64,000 nt of DNA from Clostridia bacterium (GCA_028710495.1 JAQUST010000007.1:2393-66392), one strand, 5' to 3'. Shown: positions 10,140 to 19,484, numbered from the stretch's first letter. The notes: a model not told the origin generated them from the letters alone. Made by a program: numbers and translations.

Positions 10140-11246
10140 TCAATATTTTGAGTTGAGCGTAAGCTCTACAAGTTTTCCAAAGTTTCGGACTTTGTCAACC
10201 AGAATTGTTGTTACGATATCGCCTTCTTTGGCGATAAGCTCTTGAGAATAGGAAAAAATATTTTTTGTCACGAGTCTACCAAGCAAAAATCCGTAATCAC
10301 TTATAACACGGGTTGGCATCAAGACTTCTACAGGTGCGGAAGGTTTTTCTGATTGCGCTATAATTTCATCGGAATTCGAATTGCTTTCAAATTGTTCGTC
10401 AGCTAAATTCGAAAGATCTCCGACTTCTTTATGAGATGAAGTCTCTTCAATATTCGCCTTTTCGGGGGCAGAGTCTTGCAAAGTATTTGCTACGATGTCT
10501 TGAGAAATTTGCGGTTTGTCAGCGTTTTGCAACTCGTCTTTTGACAACTCACTTGTTTTTATCATATCCATATTTGCCTCATCTGATTTTTTAAGATTAG
10601 AATTTTGTTTAATATTGAAAGTTGCTTTATTAAGATTGTCACTAATGATTTTTTTTCCTATTTCGGATTCAATAGCTTTTGCCAAAGATATCGGTTCAGA
10701 AATAGGATAGTTGTCATCAAAATCTGCCCCGTTATCATTGTCTAAAATGCGAACTTTTATTTTATCTTGCTTTGGCAATTTGATTTTTTTCGAAACGTTT
10801 TTTGTGATTTTGGGGCACCATTCACCTTTTATTAAGACAATATCATCTCCAATAGTTATGACCATATCAATTGGCATTCTCTCGCTTTCATCAATTAGCA
10901 ACGCTGTGCAGATATAGCCCGAGTCAAGTTCTAAATCAGTGACTTTGCCTATCAATTTGCCATCAGTAGTGAAAACTTGATTTCCTATCGGTGCGAAAAC
11001 ATAACGAGAGCAATCAATGTCCTCACATTGTTTGATACACAAATTGTTTATGACAACTATTGCGTGTTCGCCTGAATACTCAATTTTTTTTGGAGCTATA
11101 ATTTGATTGAAATCATTTTCTCCAAACATTAGGTATTCCAACTTTTTGTTCTTTATATTAAGTAATCCGCCTGATATTTTGCTTTCGAGTTGCGCTTCAA
11201 AAAGCAACAGAATCGGCTTCGACATAAACGAACTTAGATTTGGCAT
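10140..11246 (-). CDS. PRC-barrel-like protein with a disordered acidic linker (hypothetical)
   Basis: 368 aa. Strong GAAGGAGGTG SD. The N-terminal ~150 aa and C-terminal ~60 aa look like PRC-barrel/YlmC-YmxH-type segments (GKLIGKVTDLELD...; GRLVTKNIFSYSQELIAKEGDIVT). The middle is low-complexity. The stop lies 2 nt before the peptidase ATG. Confidence 0.5.
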   Translation of the reverse strand: MPNLSSFMSKPILLLFEAQLESKISGGLLNIKNKKLEYLMFGENDFNQIIAPKKIEYSGEHAIVVINNLCIKQCEDIDCSRYVFAPIGNQVFTTDGKLIGKVTDLELDSGYICTALLIDESERMPIDMVITIGDDIVLIKGEWCPKITKNVSKKIKLPKQDKIKVRILDNDNGADFDDNYPISEPISLAKAIESEIGKKIISDNLNKATFNIKQNSNLKKSDEANMDMIKTSELSKDELQNADKPQISQDIVANTLQDSAPEKANIEETSSHKEVGDLSNLADEQFESNSNSDEIIAQSEKPSAPVEVLMPTRVISDYGFLLGRLVTKNIFSYSQELIAKEGDIVTTILVDKVRNFGKLVELTLNSKY

Positions 11247-11415
11247 AATACACCTCCTTCAATGAGTGTATGTGTCACATTTTTTCAATATGCAACTTTA
11301 CTGCGTATTTCTGTGTAGTAAAGTATATATTTTGAATATTGTTGAGCATAAATCTGTCTTTTGGGTCATAAAATTTCAATAGAAAAAGGCATAATAATGT
11401 CACTTGTGCACTGAG

Positions 11416-11459
11416 TTGTCCACAAATAAGGGCGAAAATGTGGATAACTTTGGGGATAA
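11416..11459. promoter_or_regulatory. Cluster of three DnaA boxes
   Basis: TTGTCCACA at 11416-11424 (1 mismatch). TGTGGATAA at 11439-11447 (perfect TTATCCACA on the minus strand). TGGGGATAA at 11451-11459 (TTATCCCCA on the minus strand, 1 mismatch). Confidence 0.6.
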
Positions 11460-11521
11460 GTGTGCATTTTTATACATTCGTGCATATTTTCGACAAATTT
11501 TTATCTAAAGGGAGAAATAGT

Positions 11522-12229
11522 ATGATTTTAATCAAAAAATCGATGCTGTTAAGTGCCGTTATGGTGATAGTTTTGGTGGTATTTTTGGCAATCATTGTTC
11601 CAACTTCTGTTACAGCGTTATCTCCTAAACCAAAATTTACGATTGTTGTTGATGCTGGTCATGGAGGAATTGACGGCGGCGTGGTTGGAAAAACAACAGG
11701 GGTGCATGAGCGTGAACTGAATTTGTCCGTTGCAGAAAAGCTCGAAGATTATTTTATCAGTTCAGGATTTGGAGTGGTGATGACAAGAAAAACGCAAAAA
11801 GGTTTGTATGATGAATCGCTGACGCGCAACTTCAAACGCGATGATATGGAGAAAAGAGCTCAAGTTATTCAGCAATCAAATGCAAACATTGTAATTTCAA
11901 TACATATGAATTTCTATTCATCCTCTGCAAGACGTGGGTCTCAGGTATTCTTCAATCGTCGAAATGATGCTTCAATAAATTTAGGAAAATCTGTTCAATC
12001 AGTGCTCAACGACGCTATAAATTTGAAACATTCGGGAAGAGAATACAGTGCATTAAACGGAGATTACTACATCTTGCAATGTTCTCAAACGCCGTCAATC
12101 ATTGTGGAATGTGGTTTTTTGTCAAATCCGATTGATGAACAGTTGTTGATTGATGAAAAATTTCAGCTTGAACTGGCGTATCACATTTTTAGTGGTGCTG
12201 TTTCATACTTGTTGACGGAACAAGGATAA
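11522..12229 (+). CDS. cwlD: N-acetylmuramoyl-L-alanine amidase, CwlD-like (Amidase_3)
   Basis: N-terminal membrane anchor, then IVVDAGHGGIDGGVVG...ERELNLSVAEKL...ISIHMN...ECGFLSNP. Start taken at MILIKK after an AAAGGGAG SD, because the track start at 11438 lies inside the DnaA boxes. Confidence 0.8.
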   Translation: MILIKKSMLLSAVMVIVLVVFLAIIVPTSVTALSPKPKFTIVVDAGHGGIDGGVVGKTTGVHERELNLSVAEKLEDYFISSGFGVVMTRKTQKGLYDESLTRNFKRDDMEKRAQVIQQSNANIVISIHMNFYSSSARRGSQVFFNRRNDASINLGKSVQSVLNDAINLKHSGREYSALNGDYYILQCSQTPSIIVECGFLSNPIDEQLLIDEKFQLELAYHIFSGAVSYLLTEQG

Positions 12230-12357
12230 ATAATTAATCTTTAATTTATAGTTGAGTTTATTTTGATTTAGGTCAGATTAAGAATTATTTCAATAATCTA
12301 CATTTGTTAATGTCACAATAAAATATTCGAAAATTATAATTTGAATATTATACAAAA

Positions 12358-12386
12358 TAAAACACCGCTATATAAGCGGTGTTTTG
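12358..12386. terminator. Bidirectional intrinsic terminator (cwlD-like gene / 12409 gene)
   Basis: AAAACACCGC-tatataa-GCGGTGTTTT. Confidence 0.8.
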
Positions 12387-12408
12387 TGTTGCATTTGCTG
12401 TTAATTTG

Positions 12409-12831
12409 CTAGAACTGAATATTTTTGTACTCATCAAAGACCTTTATATCAAAGCGAATTAGGCGGACTAGCAATTTTATAGCATCTTCTTGTTCCATTT
12501 TTCCATATTTCTTTTGAATGATTTTCCAAAGCGCATAACAATTCAAAAAATCATACCAAAAAAAAGATTCATCTTGAAGCTTGAAAATTTCAAATTCTGC
12601 ATATGATTCGTAGCGGTTGCTTGAGCGCAAAATTTGAATAAGTTCTTGAACTTCTGGATTTTCATCATAATGCTCGTGAATAAACTGCAACATATATTTT
12701 TTCACTTCTTTTGAAAAGGTCAGCACGCCTTGCTTTGCGTTTGCTATGTCTTTTATGATTGGAGCAATTTCGGAATCATTCTCATACATCGGAATTATTT
12801 TTTGACAACGAAATGAATAAGCATTTGTCAT
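12409..12831 (-). CDS. Hypothetical protein (about 140 aa, probably all-helical)
   Basis: Start placed at MTNAYSFRCQK after a GAGGTG SD. The 23 upstream codons of the track ORF overlap the promoter. No family recognised. Confidence 0.6.
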   Translation of the reverse strand: MTNAYSFRCQKIIPMYENDSEIAPIIKDIANAKQGVLTFSKEVKKYMLQFIHEHYDENPEVQELIQILRSSNRYESYAEFEIFKLQDESFFWYDFLNCYALWKIIQKKYGKMEQEDAIKLLVRLIRFDIKVFDEYKNIQF

Positions 12832-12859
12832 TAGTAGCACCTCAATAGTAATTAAAATA

Positions 12860-12888
12860 ATTATAGCACTATTGCCAAATAATTTCAA
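12860..12888 (-). promoter_or_regulatory. Near-consensus sigma-A promoter for the 12409..12831 gene
   Basis: Minus strand reads TTGAAA, 17 nt spacer, TGcTATAAT. Confidence 0.6.
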
Positions 12889-12920
12889 TAGCAACAAGCA
12901 AATTGAAAAAAACGAGTGTT

Positions 12921-13090
12921 GTGACTTCTTGGTGGGCTAGAAGCAGAGTCGCTTTATTATTATTAATCTACTTTTTGAGAATCCCCGCGAATTCTCTGGC
13001 GGTTTAGAAGAGAGTTCTTCATTGTTTTTAATCCACCATTGCGAGAATGCCCGTGATTTCTTTCGTGTTCTAGAAGCAGAGTCTCTTTAT
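12921..13090. repeat. Roughly 37-bp duplication spanning the dipeptidase stop codon (copies at 12921-12957 and 13053-13090)
   Basis: GTGAcTTCTT-gGTGggCTAGAAGCAGAGTCgCTTTAT versus GTGAtTTCTTtcGTGttCTAGAAGCAGAGTCtCTTTAT. Read on the minus strand, both copies encode ...IKRLCF*. Confidence 0.85.
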
Positions 13091-14344
13091 AGCTTCAATA
13101 TAAATTTTATACATCAGCTTGAACTGGTCAATAGGCATTCTTTCATCTGGACAATGAATTGGCAACGGGTGCTTTGGAAAAACAGGACCAAAAGCAACAC
13201 CAAGAGGCAATGCGCGAGCATATGTCCCGCCGCCGATTGTGATAGGTTGAGCATCATCTCCCGCAATTTCGTTGTAGGTTGAAAGCAAAGTTTCCACCAA
13301 AATATGATGTTTATCAACAAAAAGTGGCAAGTGAAAGTGCGTTTTTGTCACTTCTGCATTTTCAAAATGTTGATTAAGCTTCGAACGGATTGCATCTTCA
13401 GTTATGCTTGCAGGGTAGCGAATATCAATGACAATCTCAAGTAGATTTTGAGCCGTGACAATTTCAAGATTGTTTTTGTAGTTTGCTTTTTTGTTTTCGA
13501 TTATTTCTACAGTACCGACATTGAGAATAAGAGCGCCGTCGATATCGTCTGCTTGTTTTAGTTCGATATTTTCGCCAAAGCAGTCGGCAAATGAATCTGC
13601 AAGCTGTTTGAAAAGCGGAAGTTCGTTTTCCAACAACTTGAACATTTTGACAATAGCATTTTCTCCCTCATATGCGTGGGCAGCGTGCGCTGACTTCCCG
13701 AAAGTTTCAAAAGATTTCCCGTTTATTGTTGCTGAGCAGTTTGCCGGCACGATATTCGCACGGTCTCCGCCTTCTACAATATATCCTTCGGGGATTGCAA
13801 ACGCAAGTTTGAAGTTCACAATTCCTTTTTCGCAGTTGATGACAGGGAAGTCTGCATCGGGAGAAAAACCGAGCGCGGGCATTTCCTCGTGCTTGAGATA
13901 GTGCTCAATGCAACCCCAACCGCTTTCTTCATTGCAACCGAAGATAATTCGTATTTTCATTTTGGGTTTCAAATCATCCATAAGTTCTTTGACAGCATAA
14001 AGGCAAGCTAACGTTGGAGCTTTGTCGTCAAGCACTCCACGTCCGTATATTGTGTCATTCTTTATTTCGCCATACGGATTTGTTGTCCAGCCTTTGCCAA
14101 GCGGAACAGTGTCAAGGTGACCCAAGATGCCAAAAGTTTTCGCTCCTTCGCCAATTTCAGCATATCCGCAATACCCGTCAAGATTTTTCACCCTGAATCC
14201 CATATCGCTTGCTATGGCTAGAACAAGATCCAAAGCTTCGCGGTTTCCCGCACCAAATGGCGCACCTTCTTTTGCCTCGCATTCGACGGTGTCTACAGCA
14301 AGAAGAGCCATTGTGTTTTTGAGCAACATATCAAAATACTTCAT
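13070..14344 (-). CDS. M20-family dipeptidase (PepV/Sapep-like)
   Basis: 424 aa with GILGHLDTVP, GRGVLDDKAP and NEESGW metal-ligand motifs. Confidence 0.85.
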   Translation of the reverse strand: MKYFDMLLKNTMALLAVDTVECEAKEGAPFGAGNREALDLVLAIASDMGFRVKNLDGYCGYAEIGEGAKTFGILGHLDTVPLGKGWTTNPYGEIKNDTIYGRGVLDDKAPTLACLYAVKELMDDLKPKMKIRIIFGCNEESGWGCIEHYLKHEEMPALGFSPDADFPVINCEKGIVNFKLAFAIPEGYIVEGGDRANIVPANCSATINGKSFETFGKSAHAAHAYEGENAIVKMFKLLENELPLFKQLADSFADCFGENIELKQADDIDGALILNVGTVEIIENKKANYKNNLEIVTAQNLLEIVIDIRYPASITEDAIRSKLNQHFENAEVTKTHFHLPLFVDKHHILVETLLSTYNEIAGDDAQPITIGGGTYARALPLGVAFGPVFPKHPLPIHCPDERMPIDQFKLMYKIYIEAIKRLCF

Positions 14345-14453
14345 TTTACGCCTCTAAAGTTATTGTATTTTTTTTTCTTTCATTGTAAACTATATATTGT
14401 TTATTTGCAAATTAAACATACAAAATGAAAAAAAGTTAGTTAGGAGTTATTAT

Positions 14454-15206
14454 TTGGGGAATATTCACGACGGACACAGAGCTAGAATGCGTGACCGAAT
14501 TGTTCAAAGTGGACTTGCCAGCATGCAATACCACGAGATTTTGGAATATGTGCTCTATCCATTTGTTCCGATGAAGGATACGAATGAAATTGCGCATAAT
14601 CTTATGTCGCGTTTCGGTTCGTTTGCCAATGTGCTTAATGCCGACTATGAGCAACTAATGTCGGTAAGTGGAGTAACACAAAGCGCGGCAATATTCATAA
14701 GCAGTGTTCCCGATTTATGCAGAAAATATCAAGAAAGTTTTAATGATACAAAAGTTAGTTTGAAAGGTCGAAAAGAAATACGGGAATATTTAAAAAGCTT
14801 TTTTCTTTGCAGACCAAAAGAAGCTGTTTGCGTTGCCACACTTGACGTGCACAACAAACTGATAGGTGTCTTTGAAATTGCCGAGGGTTGGGCAGACAGC
14901 GTGAATTGCGCCGCACGAGAGGTTGTTGATGTTGCATTGCGAACCAATGCTTGCTCGGTTGTTGTAGCGCACAATCATCCTTCGGGAGTTGCGGTGCCTT
15001 CAGATGCTGATTATCTTTTAACAAACGCCATCGCTTGCGCGCTTGAACTTATCGGAATAAACTTTTTTGACCATATTATATTTGCAAAAGAGGAGATATT
15101 CTCCTTTGAAGCAAACGGATTATTTGAACAATACAGCAAAAATTTGAAAAATATGTTGAAGGACGGAAGCAGATTTTATGAGTCGTCCGGGAGCGATAAT
15201 GAGTGA
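14454..15206 (+). CDS. radC: RadC-like JAB-domain protein
   Basis: HRARMRDR N-terminus, HhH-like region, and VVAHNHPSG JAMM motif. TTG 14454 follows a TAGGAG SD by 7 nt, so the start is uncertain (the track start is 14397). Confidence 0.8.
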   Translation: MGNIHDGHRARMRDRIVQSGLASMQYHEILEYVLYPFVPMKDTNEIAHNLMSRFGSFANVLNADYEQLMSVSGVTQSAAIFISSVPDLCRKYQESFNDTKVSLKGRKEIREYLKSFFLCRPKEAVCVATLDVHNKLIGVFEIAEGWADSVNCAAREVVDVALRTNACSVVVAHNHPSGVAVPSDADYLLTNAIACALELIGINFFDHIIFAKEEIFSFEANGLFEQYSKNLKNMLKDGSRFYESSGSDNE

Positions 15207-16647
15207 CAATGTGACAAGAAGGGTTCGCACGAGATTTGCGCCAAGCCCAACAGGATTTATGCATATCGGCAATCTTCGTACAGGACTGTATGCCTATATG
15301 TTTGCAAAAAAGAACGGCGGAGATTTTATTCTACGAATTGAAGACACCGATCAGGAACGCTATGTTGAGGGCGCGGTTGAAAAGATATACTCAACGCTTG
15401 TAAAAGCAGGCTTAGACTATGACGAAGGTCCTGACAAAGATAAAGGCTTTGGTCCTTATGTGCAAAGCGAACGCAAACCGCTATACAAAGAATATGCAGA
15501 AAAGCTTGTAGAGCTTGGCGGTGCATACTATTGTTTTTGCGACAAGGAAAGGCTGGAAAGCTTAGCAGATGAAAATGGCGTAAAAAAATATGACAAGCAT
15601 TGTTTGCAATTAAGTCGTGAAGAGGTTGATGCAAAACTTGCAGAAGGCAAGCCTTATGTTATACGCCAAAATATTCCGCAGGGCGAGGGCGAAAGCTCGT
15701 ATAATGATTTGGTTTTCGGTGATGTTTCGGTTGCTTATGCTGATATGGAAGACACTATTTTGCTAAAGTCCGACGGTATGCCAACCTACAATTTTGCAAA
15801 TGTAGTTGACGACCACCTTATGGGTATAACTTATGTTATTCGCGGAAGCGAATATCTTTCAAGCACACCAAAGTATAATTTGTTGTACGATAGTTTTGGT
15901 TGGGAAAGACCTGTTTATATGCACCTTTCACCAATTATGAAAGATGCGACAAGAAAACTTTCGAAGCGATTTGGAGACGCAAACTTTGAGGATTTTATCG
16001 CCCGCGGATTTCTGCCTCAAGCGATAATAAACTATATTGCATTGCTTGGGTGGTGTCCAAAGGACAACCGCGAGAAAATGACTTTAGCAGAGATGATTGA
16101 GGCTTTCTCAACTGACGGAATTTCAATAAGTGCGAGTATATTTGATGAAATGAAAATGAGATGGTTGAACGGCGAATATTTGAAAGAGCTTTCAGATGAT
16201 GAATTTTACCGTTTGGGAAAACCGTATTTTGACGCAAGCAAGGCAAAAGGATATGACTTCAAAAAAATTGCGCTATTGCTCAAAACAAGGGTTGATATTT
16301 TATCCGATATCCCCAGCAAAGTTGACTTCCTAGCGGAATATAGTGAATTTGACCAAAATATATACTTGCACCAAAAAATGAAAGTTGATTTGGAAGTCGC
16401 AAAGAAATCAATAGAAATCTCCATTTCAGCACTCGAAAATTTGACTGACTGGACAAATCAGGTTTTGTTTGAAACTTTTGTTGCGGCGGCGGAAGCAAAC
16501 GCAATGAAGAAAGGTCAAATCCTTTGGGTGGTTCGCATCGCACTCACAGGACAGCTTGTAACTCCCGGCGGAGCAAGTGAAATGGCGGAGATTTTGGGCA
16601 AAGCTGAAACTTTGAAAAGATTGAAATTTGCGTTTTCACGCATTTAG
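15199..16647 (+). CDS. gltX: Glutamate--tRNA ligase
   Basis: RTRFAPSPTGFMHIGNLRT (HIGH motif) and KLSKR (KMSKS motif). ATG 15199 has a GGGAG SD; ATG 15178 is an alternative. Overlaps the end of radC. Confidence 0.95.
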   Translation: MSDNVTRRVRTRFAPSPTGFMHIGNLRTGLYAYMFAKKNGGDFILRIEDTDQERYVEGAVEKIYSTLVKAGLDYDEGPDKDKGFGPYVQSERKPLYKEYAEKLVELGGAYYCFCDKERLESLADENGVKKYDKHCLQLSREEVDAKLAEGKPYVIRQNIPQGEGESSYNDLVFGDVSVAYADMEDTILLKSDGMPTYNFANVVDDHLMGITYVIRGSEYLSSTPKYNLLYDSFGWERPVYMHLSPIMKDATRKLSKRFGDANFEDFIARGFLPQAIINYIALLGWCPKDNREKMTLAEMIEAFSTDGISISASIFDEMKMRWLNGEYLKELSDDEFYRLGKPYFDASKAKGYDFKKIALLLKTRVDILSDIPSKVDFLAEYSEFDQNIYLHQKMKVDLEVAKKSIEISISALENLTDWTNQVLFETFVAAAEANAMKKGQILWVVRIALTGQLVTPGGASEMAEILGKAETLKRLKFAFSRI

Positions 16648-16939
16648 TGATATATTTATACAAAATGATGTTTAAAAGCTGAAGCGATAGCTGTTTTATT
16701 TCGGTTATATTGAAAAGAACTACTAACCAAATAGAGCAGGTAATATCAACGAATTTAGTTTACACTTTGAAATATCTTAAAGAGAATATATAGACTGCAA
16801 ACAAAAAAGCAATAAATTGAGACAAAGAAAGCATTTTGAACTGCGAATTAAGAAAACACACTGAATAACAAACAAAAAAGCAATTTGAATTGTTTATTGA
16901 ATAGGGATTCAAACTAAATACGAAAAAAACGAGGGCTGA

Positions 16940-19132
16940 ATGACATACGCGAAAAATAATAAAATGAGAAAATTGCTTATATTGGTGACTGTCGTTATCG
17001 TTGCTGTTTTGATGTTCTCAGTTATTTTAACTCCTGAGCAGATTGTACTGGCAGGGTATTTGACAGACAGCGACCTTCCAACCGATTTAGCAAGCTATGA
17101 CTATTGGTATTTTGGTGAGAGCGAGGATTATCAATACGATTTGGAAGCAATGAAAACAGCGATTTCAAGTTGGGGGCTTCCTGAGGATTCCACGAACTTT
17201 GAACCTGTTCTTATAGGAGTTATTGACACAGGAATAAACACTTCGCATCCATTGATACAAAAGGTTTTATATAAACCTTTGAAAATTGCAGAAGCAGACG
17301 GAACACCTATTCCTGAACAACAACAAACTACAGTTACGATTGGATATAATGTTGTCGGCGATTCAACCGCGATTGAAGATGTTTCAAGTGATCGTCACGG
17401 AACGCACGTAGCAGGAATTATAGCCACAATGATAGTGGAACTCGGACTTGAAGATTTCATCAAAATTGTTCCTATACGTGCGGTTGATACTTCAAATTCT
17501 TTCACTGTCGGAAATATTGTGAGTGCCATAAACTGGGCGTGCGGCGACAACAATGCTCAAACAATATTGGGGAAACCATTGGTTTGTGATGTTGTCAACC
17601 TTTCACTCGGAATCCTGAACTCCACCATAGGCAGCTCATCTTCTTGGAATAATCGCGCATTACTTATTGATGCTCTGGATGTACATAGCGCGACAACGAA
17701 TTTTGTCGCATCTGCGGGAAACAATTCTGCAGATAGTGCACAAGACCTGTTTTATCCTGCTGCTATAGAAAATGTTGTATCAGTTATGTCTTACAATACG
17801 GCAGGCGGGCTCTTCTCATCCTCAAACTATGGTAACTATGATTTGGTTGCTCCCGGTCAAAATATTTACAGTGCATCATCAGGCTCAAGCTATGTCTTAA
17901 AAACAGGAACTAGCATGGCATCACCGTTTGTGACATTTGGAGCGGCACTTCTTCGCTTGCGTTATGATATGAGTTCGCAACAAGCAACTTTTGGTGGAAA
18001 TCCCACGGCAAGGCAAATTGCAAAAATGCTTCGAACGCACTCAACTCAAACCATCGAAGTGAACGGAACAGAAGAGACCTACAATCTCAAAGTATTTGAT
18101 TTGGATCAACTTGCAGTGTTGGATTTTTCATTGGAAAATTTTGATATTGGATATGCAGACCCGACAAAGCTTACCGTGACTTATGCAGACAATTCGCAGG
18201 TTATTCAGTATATGGACTCAAGAGTGCCTATTGATTTTTCTGTTTCTATATCGCCCACAGATGAATATAATCCGATTATAGAAGAAGAAATTGTTTGGTG
18301 GGTTGAAACCTTGTATACCGAAACCGAACCTTTTGAAATAGGGACAGGAACGAATTGTACTTTGCCGATAGACTTGATTGGCGGGGACTATAATATATAT
18401 GCTACGCTCACTTATCAGAACAAGACACTCACAAGCAATAAGCAAGCGGTCTCAATCAAGTATTTAGCGCCTAATTTTGAGAAAATCAAGATTGCTCCTG
18501 TCTCTAAAATTTTAGACTATAACGGAAATGGGAGAGACGTGCCATCGTATATTGGTTACACAACGGTTCTTTCCTTGACAGATATTGAATATGTCGACCA
18601 AACGGTAGAAATAAACTGGTATGTCAATGATGTACTTATGGGAACTGGCGCGGTTTTCAACTTCACTCCGACAGAAAAAGGAACTTACAATATTACTGCC
18701 AAATATGACGGACACAATATTTATTATGATTTTGTGTTGGAAACAACAGCAGCGCCGATTAGCTTTTGGTTGGACGCTTTGATTGCAATGTTGATTGCTT
18801 TGGCAGTTTTTGGTTATATTTTCCTTGAGGTCTCAGTTCATAGAGTAGGACTAAACGGCGAATTGGAGAATTCAGTTGTTGCAAAAGTGAATAAAATTTT
18901 GGATACATTTGAAAATAAACAAGTAAAATTAAAAAGCAGAAATCAAAAAAAGGCAAAGAAAGAAGCACTGGAAAACAAAGTTGAAAAGACAGAAGCGAAG
19001 GCTGCTTCTAGATTCGAAGAAAAACATGTGATGAATTGCCCCAAATGTGCAGCCTATGTGAAATTTAGAGGTAATTTTGGTAAATGTCCATATTGCGGAA
19101 CGCGCGTGGATATTGAAGATACTGAAAAATAG
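16940..19132 (+). CDS. Membrane-anchored S8 (subtilisin-like) serine peptidase with a C-terminal TM helix and cytoplasmic zinc ribbon
   Basis: Catalytic triad motifs GVIDTGIN, HGTHVAGII and GTSMASPFV. N-terminal signal/anchor. About 230 aa of beta-rich repeats. TM helix ISFWLDALIAMLIALAVFGYIFL. K/E-rich segment. CPKC-x13-CPYC. Confidence 0.85.
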   Translation: MTYAKNNKMRKLLILVTVVIVAVLMFSVILTPEQIVLAGYLTDSDLPTDLASYDYWYFGESEDYQYDLEAMKTAISSWGLPEDSTNFEPVLIGVIDTGINTSHPLIQKVLYKPLKIAEADGTPIPEQQQTTVTIGYNVVGDSTAIEDVSSDRHGTHVAGIIATMIVELGLEDFIKIVPIRAVDTSNSFTVGNIVSAINWACGDNNAQTILGKPLVCDVVNLSLGILNSTIGSSSSWNNRALLIDALDVHSATTNFVASAGNNSADSAQDLFYPAAIENVVSVMSYNTAGGLFSSSNYGNYDLVAPGQNIYSASSGSSYVLKTGTSMASPFVTFGAALLRLRYDMSSQQATFGGNPTARQIAKMLRTHSTQTIEVNGTEETYNLKVFDLDQLAVLDFSLENFDIGYADPTKLTVTYADNSQVIQYMDSRVPIDFSVSISPTDEYNPIIEEEIVWWVETLYTETEPFEIGTGTNCTLPIDLIGGDYNIYATLTYQNKTLTSNKQAVSIKYLAPNFEKIKIAPVSKILDYNGNGRDVPSYIGYTTVLSLTDIEYVDQTVEINWYVNDVLMGTGAVFNFTPTEKGTYNITAKYDGHNIYYDFVLETTAAPISFWLDALIAMLIALAVFGYIFLEVSVHRVGLNGELENSVVAKVNKILDTFENKQVKLKSRNQKKAKKEALENKVEKTEAKAASRFEEKHVMNCPKCAAYVKFRGNFGKCPYCGTRVDIEDTEK

Positions 19133-19182
19133 TTTGCACAATCGCTATTACATTTGTTCGAAACTCAAAAAAAGTGGATATT

Positions 19183-19238
19183 GAACAGCGAACAGCGAAC
19201 AGCGAATGGCGAATGGCGAACAGCGGATAGTGAACATA
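19183..19238. repeat. Heptanucleotide tandem repeat, 8 units
   Basis: GAACAGC x3, GAATGGC x2, GAACAGC, GGATAGT, GAACATA. Confidence 0.9.
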
Positions 19239-19455
19239 TATAAATACTTTTTAGTTCAAGTTAATTTTTCAAAAGATAATTTTTGGATTATAAATAATGG
19301 AACTTATAGGTAAAATTATAATTTGATAGTATTATTAAATAAGAATTAAATTTGTAATATGAGCAGAAAAACTTTACGAAAAAAATAAATTTGATATTTC
19401 AGTAAAACATAAAAAAGTCATTTGAAATTTTTTTTTAAAATAATTTTTAACAAAA

Positions 19456-19484
19456 CAAAAAGACCGCAAGCAGGGTCTTTTTTG
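19456..19484. terminator. Probable bidirectional terminator (veg side, and possibly the S8 gene)
   Basis: AAAAAGACC-gcaagcag-GGTCTTTTTT. The GC core is short and is extended by A:T pairs. Confidence 0.5.

Noticed and set aside
14397-15206. radC as a marker of a mobile or anti-restriction island
   Set aside because: The neighbouring genes (M20 dipeptidase, gltX) are housekeeping. There is no integrase, no other mobile-element gene and no compositional break visible by eye, so it is treated as the chromosomal radC.
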